A stretch of DNA of 64,000 nt from Octopus sinensis. Its lineage: Eukaryota. This document shows, one piece after another, positions 11,966 to 22,252 of the stretch (its first letter is position 1; the number at the start of each line of letters is the position of its first letter). The stretch is from contig NC_042998.1 in assembly GCF_006345805.1 (NCBI RefSeq), forward strand, positions 95,480,001 through 95,544,000. The letters run 5' to 3'. The notes beneath the pieces were generated by a model. That model was not told the DNA's origin. It made no database searches and saw only the letters and a list, made by a program, of their open reading frames with translations. The position numbers and the translations under genes are program-made.

Positions 11966-12669
11966 GTAACCTGGCTTCATGACATTGACAAAAACATTTT
12001 GGCATATTTGTCAAATAACATTTCCACGTGAGAAATGTCATAGTGCACCTGTATGAGACACTCGATTGTAACTTGTCATAACTATAACTTTCGCCATCAT
12101 ATCAAATTGCCCTCATAGCACGCTCACTCACAAAATTACCAGTTTATTTAAGTGTTAATAACGAATGACAGACAACAACAGTGTAACCTTGAAACGTCTG
12201 AAATATCTTGCCAGGTTTCATTTTTACGGTTACTGTTATTATGCAAGGAAAATAGATTCAAAGTGATTTTACTAAGAGCTTCTCAACAATTAAACGACAA
12301 TTGATTAGTAAAAAAAAAAACGTGTTTGAAGGTCTATTGTTCTATGCGGGATAACTACGGACAGAACTATCTTCATATTGTCAGCACTGTTGGAGCCATC
12401 ATGGTGGCTTCGTTTGCTAGGAAACAGTAGGCAAGATTTCCTCAAATCATAGTTTAGTCTTAAAATGCTATAAATACATTGGAAAATGTAATTATAGCAG
12501 AAGTACGTCCGAACAGAAGTCGAGATGACCAAAGTTTTTCATTAGAGTCATACTCAGTCAGTGCTGACTTAGAACTAAATACCAGCTGCAACAGCAACAA
12601 CAGCAGCAGTAGCAGCAATATCATCACCACCACCACTACCACCACCACCAACAACAATAGTAATCAATT

Positions 12670-12890
12670 CTAATATAGGTGCAAGGCCTAAAATTTGGGA
12701 GAGAGCGTTAATCAACTACCTCGACCCTAGTGCTTCACTGGTACTTTATTTTCTCGACCCTGGAAAGATGAAAGGCAAAGTTGACCTCAGTGGGATTCGA
12801 ACTCAGAATGTAAAAAGCCAGAACAAATACCTCAGAGCATTTTCATTTTCCCTGACGTTCTAACGATTCGGTCAGCTCCCTGCTGATTTT
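12670..12890 (-). mobile_element. Family B SINE, diverged
   Basis: gaaaggcaaagttgacctcagtgggattcgaactcagaa...ctaacgattcggtcagctc. Confidence 0.8.
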
Positions 12891-12912
12891 ACCAACAATA
12901 TACTAATAGCAT

Positions 12913-13480
12913 GAAGGCGGCGAGCTGGCAGAATCGTTAGTACGCCAGGCGAAATTCTTAGCGGTATTTCGTCTGTCTTTACGTTCTGAGTTCAAATTCC
13001 ACCGAGGTCGACTTTGCCTTTCATTTTATCGGGGTCGATTAAATAAGTACCAGTTACGCACTGGCGTCGATGTAATCGACTTAATCCGTTTGTCTGTCCT
13101 TGTTTGTCCTCTCTGTGTTTAGCCCCTTGTGGGTAGTAAAGAAATAGGTATTTCGTCTGTCTTTACGTTCTGTGTTCAAATTCCACCGAGGTCGACTTTG
13201 CCTTTCATTCTATCGGGGTCGATTAAATAAGTACCAGTTACGCACTGGGGTCGATGTAATCGACTTAATCCGTTTGTCTGTCCTTGTTTGTCCTCTCTGT
13301 GTTTAGCCCCTTGTGGGTAGTAAAGAAATAGGTTTGCGTTCTGAGTTCAAATTCCGCCGAGGTCGACTTTGCCTTTCATCCTTTCGGGGTCGATAAATTA
13401 ACTACCAGTTGCGTACTGGTGTCGATGTAATCGACTGCCCCCACTCCCCCAAAATTTCTGACCTTGTGCCTAGAGTAGAA
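12913..13480 (+). mobile_element. Family B SINE tandem trimer (one head, three bodies)
   Basis: 12965-13148 and 13149-13332 are near-identical 184-bp units. A third body with a different tail follows. Confidence 0.9.
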
Positions 13481-14303
13481 AAGAATATACCAATACCATG
13501 AACAACTGCTAAAGAGTTGCTGAAGTAAAAACCTCAACAACAACAACAACAATAGCAGCAGCAACAACAACAACAACAACAGCAGCAGCAGCAACAACAA
13601 CAACAACAATAATAATAGCAATAGCAACAGCAATAGCAACAGCAACAGCAACGACAATTAAGGTCTGAATAACACAACTTAAAAAACTACGTCTAATGAT
13701 AATAAAGGAAATTGAACGAGAACTATTATGTTAATGCTGAATCTCATAACTACTGAGCCTTGAAATGTCATGTGATACTGTCAGTATGGAAAATGTTTAT
13801 TCAGATTGCCTGAAACACGGTCAGAGAACGTATTAAATTGAGCAATTTCATTTAACAGGTTATCCAAAAGACCAGCAGGAAGTGTTTCATCTCTAAAGGC
13901 AATGAATGTCCCACAGAAAGCTACAGAGATTTCCAAAAAAAATATGACCACCTAGTAAAACTCGAGCAATCTTTGCCTCAACAAGAGAAGTTCGACCTGT
14001 TAGAAACAGCAGCAAAATCTCTCTATGATCATTTTCCATGTCGTCTTAAAAAAGACAACAGAAGGATGCATTTGCATATGCAACCCTAGTAACAAAAAGG
14101 CGGGGAGATCATAGTTGGAATGTCTTTGATCATAGGCCTTGATGATCAGGGTTAAGGTATTAACTTTAAGGGACTCAACTGGTTTCAAATTTTGGCACAA
14201 GGTCAGCGATTATGGGGGAGGGTACAAGTTAATTAATCGATCCCAGTGCTCAACTAGTACATATTTTGTTCTATATTTTAGAGATGAAGAATTATATACA
14301 TAA

Positions 14304-14456
14304 TTTACATTTGACGGATATTTGTCCTCATCTTGTTTGTTGTTAACACAACGTTTCGGCTGATATACCCTCCAGCCATCACCAAGTGCATATGGCGTAG
14401 TGTTTAAGAGAGCGGGCTACTACCTCCAAGATTCCGAGTTCGATTCCAGAAAGGGA

Positions 14457-14509
<53 letters not shown>

Positions 14510-14643
14510 TCGAAAAATACTTTAGGAATGAGAGCCCAGGTTCAAAATTTCCCCAAGACACCTGAAGAAGGTTGGAGGGTATATCAGCCGAAACGTTATG
14601 TTAACAACAAACAAGATGAGGACAAATATCCGTCTAATGTAAA
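14304..14643 (+). mobile_element. tRNA-headed element with (AAT)n and PLE-type hammerhead tail, preceded by an inverted copy of the tail
   Basis: A box tggcgtagtg (14392) and B box gagttcgattcc, then gacac-CUGAAGA-A-GGUUG..CAGCC-GAA-ACGU-U at 14557-14597. 14304-14380 is an inverted copy of 14567-14643. Confidence 0.75.
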
Positions 14644-14763
14644 GAAGATTCAAGGGATTCAATTTCCTAGCTGAAATACATTAAGCCTACACCTAGCCTC
14701 TCGTTTTACATACATATGTGTATGTGCACATTCTAGAAATGTCAAATATGAATTTAGGAACTT

Positions 14764-15011
14764 TACTTTATTTACATTATTTACAATTGACGGATATTTG
14801 TCCTCATCTTGTTTGTTGTTAACACAACGTTTCGGATTATATTATCTCCAGCCTTCATCAGGTATCTTGGAGAAATTTCGAACCTGGGTTCTCATTCCTA
14901 AGGTATTATTATTATTATTATTAATAGTATTATTATTATTATTCAGGTCACTGCCCGGATTCGAACTCGGAATCTTGGAGTTAGTTGCTCGCGCTCTTAA
15001 CCACTACGCCA
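14764..15011 (-). mobile_element. Second copy of the tRNA-headed hammerhead element
   Basis: Minus strand: tggcgtagtggttaagagcg...gagttcgaatcc, (AAT)n, then gatac-CUGAUGA-AGGCUG..AAUCC-GAA-ACGU-U-gtgtt and the same tail. Confidence 0.75.
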
Positions 15012-15080
15012 GTGGGACTGGACTGAACCCGGAGCTATGTGGTCCGTAAACAAGCTACTTACCACACAGCCACTCCTACG

Positions 15081-15123
<43 letters not shown>

Positions 15124-15398
15124 TGAAGTGTAAAGCCAATCCTTGGTATATTCTAACTCGGAACACTGATATTTCGAATTAGATATATTAAAGCATTTAA
15201 CTCTTTCTGTCGTGGTCCATTTGTAACATAATCAAGCAAAAAAGTGTTTGATGGTGAAAATCTTGTCGGGTGATAAAATTAACACGTTTTTCTTTTATCT
15301 TGTGTTTTTATGATCGATCATTTTAACACAAATCAACGAATTTTGGACTGTAAACTTTGATATCAAGTTCTAGTTTCCGGTAAGAAAATGACGTAGTT

Positions 15399-15587
15399 TA
15401 CAAAGTAAGCTCCTGCTTTGCCAGTTGCACCTGCAGCTTGGTTTTGATCCCTGTTGTAGAGAATTCATATGGGATGCTAGTGATTTTTCCATTACAAAGT
15501 AAGCTCCTGCTTGGCCAGTTGCACATGCAGCTTGGTTTTGATCCCTGTTGTAGAGAATTCATATGGGATGCTAGTGACTTTTCCATT
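15399..15587. repeat. Two-copy 94-bp tandem duplication
   Basis: tacaaagtaagctcctgc... at 15399 and 15493, about 3 differences. Confidence 0.9.
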
Positions 15588-15924
15588 GCACCACTTAAAG
15601 GAGGTGACTGAATGTTAGACGATGATGTTGATCTGTCTCCCCGTTTAACATCAGCACTTGGCCGTTGGGTGCCTTTAGTAGAATCCACTTTGTTAGTAAC
15701 ATTCGGACCAGATCTGCAGTTTGAGGAGGCATTTCTCCTTCACCCCACCACATCAGTTTCAGAGGCTCTTCTTTCTGGAAACTTGAGACGGTTTCAGTAT
15801 ATCCGCGCTAAAGCAGAAACAATATACGTTTTAAATTGCACCAGGAAAATTTCCCGAAAGCAGAAAGATAAAGTTACATCATAACTGTTTTATTTCATCG
15901 TTTCTTCGTGCTCAGAAAACTAAA

Positions 15925-15987
15925 TATATACAGTACCGTAGAGTATATATACAGTACCGTAGAGTATATATACAGTACCGTAGAGTA
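15925..15987. repeat. 21-bp minisatellite x3
   Basis: tatatacagtaccgtagagta repeated three times. Confidence 0.9.
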
Positions 15988-17439
15988 CGTAATTGTTTTG
16001 ATGCTTTACGGCAAATTCTTGCTTACATTCTCTACGAATAGCAACTCGATGAATTAATTGTTATAATTGACTAAACGTGGTCAGGTTATTGTCTTTGAAC
16101 GTGTAATGCTAACTTCTGCAATGACGAAATATTAGCTTAGATATAAAGTGGGGTGAAAACTTTTTGCGCAATAATGGGAATGGATTTTAGGAACATGAGG
16201 CATGATGAGATCCATAAAGCTATAGATAAGATGAAAGGTGGCAGGACTAGACTAAACGAGTATCCTCATAGAACGGGAACGCTAAACCTCTACGTACTCC
16301 ACTGTTTCCACCACTAATTTTAATCTCGATAAAAATGAAACCTCTTGAAACTACCGTATTTGGTGAGATAAAAAACGCACGGACATATTAGACGTACTCC
16401 AATTTCAGAAGGGCATGTTCAGGAGAAAGAGCGTCAGGGACAAAATAGCTTATGAGAAGCCCAACTTTGCATAGAGGGCCCGAGGCATCTTACATGCCAT
16501 CATATACACTATTTGATATTCACTTTCGTTATAATTGCTCGTAATTTTAGTAGTTTTAGTAGAGGAGAACGTCATGCTGACGAAGGGAGTAATGAAGTCG
16601 TTAAACTGAAAATTAAGCGAAGTTAATTTTCAGGCTTGGTTGAATTTTTGAGAAGATTTTCGAAATCTGAGATAAATATCAAATGTAGAGCTTAGCCTGT
16701 TCATTATATGTGATGATGAAATACAATGGAAGGTTTCTAAAGCGTACATTATGTACTCATGTATATTAGAGTAACAAGTTTCTATTAGTAATTTGGCCGT
16801 CAGAGCAAACAACAAAGATTTCTCATTCTGTCAATTGTTTTCTCACCGTGGCAGTCTGAAATCCGTGAAATGTGATGAATTCTTTGATGAATCAGCTAAA
16901 ACAACACTTTTTTCTCATAAAGTCATTGGTTTAAGCCTCGTAGCAGGAGGTGTTACATATCACCTGGATCAAATTGGCCGCCCGGCTTCTCTGATTCCGG
17001 AATGGGAGGAGGAAGTCCGGGATAGCTCAGTACATTACGATATTATTAAGTATCAAATAGAGGACAGCTCACGTCTATAAGTAACCAGAGGCTTTAATGC
17101 ACAATTTTTATTCCTATATAGGTATATCCCACAAACAGGATACCAAACAATTCCACAGGCAATTCTACAAGCAACTCTCAGCCCCATCCAAAACCTCCAG
17201 AAAATAATCAAATTAATTTAAGAAACAAGACCCTCTAATTAAAAAAATATGAATTACTCCGAATTGCATTATCTTTATTTCCCCCAAATTTAAATAAGGC
17301 TGATGTTATTGGGGTTATCTACTTTGACTACTGTCATTTTAAGATTTTAGACACCCCCAGAAATGAATTTTTACCTTCTAATCTCAGAGACAGTATCAGT
17401 GATAGAGATTCTACTGTGTATATGCTTGTATATATATAT

Positions 17440-17635
17440 ATATTCGCAATGATAGATCGTTAGCCACTATACTTTTTTCTATTTCCTCTCCCTGTTTATT
17501 TCAGTTCCTTTCTGTCGAAGAGTAGGCTCGAAACATAAAAGACTTTCTCATTTCCCGAACGTTAAACTAATACACCTGTTTTTTGTTTACACACTCGTCT
17601 TCGTCTTTTATTTTTTTGTGTAAATTCTCACTATA
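17440..17635 (+). mobile_element. Second copy of the CUGUYGA hammerhead-bearing PLE-type element
   Basis: cctttCTGTCGAAGAGTAGGCTCGAAACATAAAAGA at ~17507-17542, with flanks homologous to the reverse complement of 460-673. Confidence 0.6.
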
Positions 17636-17653
17636 TAATAATAATAATATTAA

Positions 17654-17688
<35 letters not shown>

Positions 17689-17693
17689 ATAAC

Positions 17694-17733
<40 letters not shown>

Positions 17734-17978
17734 GTAATAATAATAATAAAATGACAATAAAAGAATGAGACTTCGATATTAGGTAAATAGAGGAATTATA
17801 TATGTGTATATGTGTATGTATGCATATATTTTTTATATATGTATGTATGTGTGTGTGTATATATATATAATTTAAAATGAGGGTGAGAAATTAGATATTA
17901 ATTTAATTAACATCGATTTCACACCAGTGGTCTAGCATATAAAAAAAACTGAAGGTTCAGTAAAATTGTATTATATAT

Positions 17979-18152
17979 ATATTAGAGGGAAACCTCTACG
18001 TGGACACCCTTATGCTAGAAATAGATCCGCTACGGTTTCACCACTAAGAAATGTTTTGGTTGTTTTGCTGAATTTTTCTTGAGAACATTTCTTAGTGGTG
18101 AGACCGTAGCGGATCTATTTCTAGCATAAATGTGCCCACATAGTGGATTCCC

Positions 18153-18160
<8 letters not shown>
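17979..18160. repeat. Long inverted repeat (~77-bp arms, 28-nt loop) between (TA)n tracts
   Basis: 17979-18055 versus 18084-18160; the inner ~45 bp is almost perfect. Confidence 0.9.
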
Positions 18161-18227
<67 letters not shown>

Positions 18228-18599
18228 GTATGTGTGTGTATACTTGCATATATATACACTGATAGTTTGCCAATTAAAGCACTTTTACTGTCTATGGCTT
18301 CCTGATGTCATCCATAGTATTGATATAAATGCCTCTGGATCTACCTCAGGAATTCCTTAATGTCCATCGAGAATATACCAAACGAGAGAAGCAGAAAATG
18401 GGATTCACAAGATTCTTTTGTTAATCATAAGGGTCATATCGACGTATTTTGCGAGGTACTTTTTGAAAAGTTACTTGATGAGACATAGCTACACTGAAGG
18501 ATGCACCACTACCAGTTGTGCAGTATCTCAGCCGCGAATGACCGATGCAAGATGGGTTGAAACGATCGTATGGATTAATAAAGCACCTTGAAGGGTTTT

Positions 18600-18737
18600 T
18601 TGTCGAATGACCCCAGTACTTCTTAAAACCTGGTTCTTATTCTATCGGTCTCTTTGGCCGAACCGTTAAGTTACGGGGACACCAACACTGTTTGACAAAT
18701 GGTGTTGGTGGAGAAACACAAACACAAACACACACAC

Positions 18738-18774
<37 letters not shown>

Positions 18775-18935
18775 CAACGGGTTTCTTTCAGTTTCTGCCT
18801 ACCGAATCCATTCACAAAGCTTTGGTTAGTCCGAAGCTATTGTAGGAGATTTTTATTCAAGGTGCCATGCAGTGGAACTGAACATGGAACCATGTGGTTG
18901 GAAGCAAACTTCTTACCACAGAGCCACACCTACAC
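18600..18935 (-). mobile_element. Family A SINE
   Basis: Tail, (CA)n, core and partial head. Confidence 0.8.
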
Positions 18936-19569
18936 ATATGTGTGTACCTATACGTATGTTTGTGCGTGTAGATATATCGATTTGTCGTAGAATGTTGTTG
19001 TTGTTGTTGTTGTTTAGGCCAAGATCAATCCAGTTAGACCAAGCAAAAGATCAAAAGTCGTTCTCAAACATAATGATCATCCGTTCTCATTTTAGAATGG
19101 ATTTTTCGTTTCTTTTACTTTTGCAGAAATCGAGTAGAGAAGCTAAGCTCTCGTCATCTTAACGTATAGATAAGTCAAGTTGATCTACGACTTTCCTGTC
19201 GTTTTTCTATTTTTCAGACATTATAAGTGGGACTACATTATGCAAAGCCTCCCTGGTTTAAGACAGTTGGGTGCGATGAGAAAGATTTGGTTGCTATTTC
19301 TAACAGCTTGAACGACCACCTTATGGCTTCCACTTTCACTTGGTGCATAGAGTCTGGTGTATATCGTTTGTGATTGATGAACCAAACTTAGTATATATTA
19401 GCATATACTGCATTTTCCAGCAGACAAATGAAATTTTTCAGGCCAAAATTTTTAACCAAAAGATGGTAGGTTGACTTATACACCAAAACGACTTCGGAGG
19501 ACCAAAAATTCCATGTGAAATGCAACGGTAAATACGATATCCATTCACTAAGATAAGGGTTTCTAATTT

Positions 19570-21270
19570 TGGCAAAAGGCTAGCAGCTTTCAGAGTTTGG
19601 GAGTTTAGTTGATTACATCGCCCCCGGTCGTTAGCCTGTACTTTATTTTATCGACCCAGAAAGAACGGAAGGCAAAGTTGACCACGACAGGGTCTGAATT
19701 CAGAACGTATAGAGCTGAAAGAAATGCTGCTAAGCATTTTGTTCGACGCACCAACGATCCCGCCAGCTCGTTACCTTATAGTTTCTAAACTAACTATTGT
19801 TTGTTAAGCTTCTAAACTAACTATTGTTTGTAAAGCTTCTTCTCGTATAATAATAATAATTACTTCTAACTTAGGCACAATAGTGGTAATTTAAAGCGGA
19901 TAGGTTAGGCGATACCATTAACCCCAGTACTTTACTTTGTACTTCATTTTATCGACTTCCAGGAGAATCTCGGCGGAATTTGAACCCAGAATGTAAAGAA
20001 CGAGAGAAAATACTGCAGAGTAATTTTTTCCCGGCGCTCCAGTAATTTTGCCAGTGTTTCTACAGAAGTGAGGACACCGCAGCTTAACTTCACCTAAGTT
20101 CTCTTGAACATGCAACGATGTATTCTTTTTCTACTACACTATCATAAAAGGTAAAAACCTCACTGAAAAAGTACTAAGAATACATGCTCACCTCCTGTTT
20201 CTCTTATGTCTTTACTTGCTTCAGTCATTGGACTGCAGCTCTGCTTACACACCACCGAGAATGATTTCAGTCGAAGAAATCGATCATCGTGCTTTTTTAA
20301 TTCTTTTTAAGTCTAGATCTTAGTATTTTGGTTAATTTTGCCGAAACGCCAAGGTACGGGTATAGTTTCCGTCAACCAAATTCCTTCACAAGGCATTGAT
20401 TAATCCGTAACTATAGCCAAAGACACTTCCTGAACTCGCAACGACGCACTTGCAAGACGGACTTATCAACCAATCAACCATACATGCAAATAATAACAAT
20501 GCTCCTTTCTACTAAAGGCACAAGGGCTCAAATTTGGGGGAGGGGGTAAGTCGATTGCATTGACCCCAGTCCTCAATGGTGCTTATGTTATCGACTCCCG
20601 AAAGGATGAAAGGCAAAGCTGACCTGGGCGGAATTTGGACTCAGAACTTAGAGACGGACGAAATGCCGGCGAGCATTTCGTATGGCATGCTAACGATTCT
20701 GCCAGTCTAAATAATAATAATAATCCTTTCTGCTATAGGTACAAGGCCTGAAATTTGGAGTGGGGGACAGTCGATTACATCGACCTCAGTACTCAACTGG
20801 TACTTATTTCATCGACCCCGAAAGGATGAAAGGCAAAGTAGACCGCGGCAGAATTTGGCAAATAATAAAAAAAATAGTAAATGACTTTTAAACGAGTCAC
20901 TGCTCTTTCTCTCTTTCTCTCTCTCTCGCACACACACAGGGCGTCTCATAATGTCGTAATGATGGGGCACAACACAGGGAAAGAAACAGCGCAAACCAGC
21001 TGATCTGTGGCATCGTACTATTATGGCCATGAAAGGGAGAGCCCGGAGATGCTCTCTTGGAGTTGGTAGCCGTCTGAAGGACCTAATATTTATTTCTTTA
21101 CTACCCACAAGGGGCTAAAGATAGAGGGGACAAACAAGGACAGACATAGGTATTAAGTCGATTACATCGGCTCCAGTGCGTAACAGGTACTTAATTTATC
21201 GACCCCGAAAGGATGAAAGGCAAAGTCGACCTCGGCGGAATTTGAACTCAGAACGTAACGGCAGACGAAG
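19570..21270 (-). mobile_element. Cluster of family B SINE copies (~19570-19775, 19870-20060, 20510-20850, 21087-21270) plus a degraded family A copy (~20210-20460)
   Basis: Repeated atcgaccccgaaaggatgaaaggcaaagtcgacc motif. Confidence 0.8.
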
Positions 21271-21404
21271 GACCTAGTATTCAAACCTTGAACTCCTGTA
21301 CCATGGTTATGTAGTATATACTTTTCTTAATAAATGTTTGTTTCAGTCCTAGTTACTTGCGTTCGAAATGTGCCCATCCGTTACGAGACACCCTGGATGT
21401 ATTT

Positions 21405-21442
<38 letters not shown>

Positions 21443-21949
21443 TGCAACCACAAGGAGGTTCAAATATAAACAAATGAATTAATGTAATATAATTTAACAA
21501 AAAAAAATAAATAAATGAAGCAGTTGGTCACTCGACCTGCTGCAATTAGTATTCAAATTTCCTTCAAATCACACACTTAACAGTCTGAAAAAAAAAAGGA
21601 AGGAGATATTAGATTATGTCGTTTTACAGAAACTTATGTTCGAAAATAAAAATATAAATGACACTGTCACGACTGGAACGCCTGTGATATTGGGTCTACT
21701 AGATAAGTATAGACAGTAACAAACGTGGAAAAGGCCGGAATGAAACAAATAGACCGAAAGAAGAAATAAGAGGAAGAAAGACAGGGGTGGTAGAAACTTT
21801 TAAAGAGGGTAAGAGGAAAGTTGATAAAAGTGGAGGTCTGATAAAAAAGCTGAAGGAAATGAGAGAGGGAGTAGTATGAGTAAGAACATAACAGAAGTAG
21901 TAGTATGAGTGAGAAATGTCATTGTTAACAAAAAGTGTCGCTTGCAGAG

Positions 21950-22252
21950 AAAGAGAGAGCTGATCTGTCTTCGTCGTCGACGAGCGTGTGTTTTATCTAC
22001 GAACTACTTTCTGTTGTGGGTTCGTTCTTCTAATGTTTACAAGCAACGTGCATAGACGATATTCTCTGAGGGGGGCTTTCCAAACATGTGCACTTTTCTG
22101 AAACTCCAAGCCAGAAGAGAAAGAAGCCGCGATATTGATGAAGGAAATTTATGAGATAGCATTTATTCTCAGCCATCCTTCTTAACATAAAAGTTTTCTT
22201 TACATAGTTTTATAAAAGAAACTTGCGAGTTTAAACATCAGTAAGAAAACAT
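21950..22252 (+). other. Candidate first exon (5' UTR plus 'AT' of a split start codon) of the innexin gene
   Basis: Unique, repeat-free sequence ending aaaacAT|GTAAGT (consensus donor). Joined to the acceptor at 45222 it gives ATG GTG TGG GGT (MVWGVFGSFS...), the required phase. The 5' boundary is a guess. Confidence 0.55.

Noticed and set aside
10868-12041. Poly-I/N/L/H/M ORFs
   Set aside because: Translations of (ATT)n/(CAT)n arrays.
12965-13332. Regularly spaced repeats suggesting a CRISPR-like array
   Set aside because: Eukaryotic SINE tandem units with no unique spacers and no cas genes.
14391-14460. tRNA-like sequences (also at 8640-8700 and 14945-15011)
   Set aside because: No complete cloverleaf or acceptor stem and they continue into repeat bodies; these are SINE heads, not tRNA genes.
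18480-18590. Hammerhead candidate at GAAACGATCGT
   Set aside because: The CUGANGA core is not recognisable; at most a decayed pLTR.
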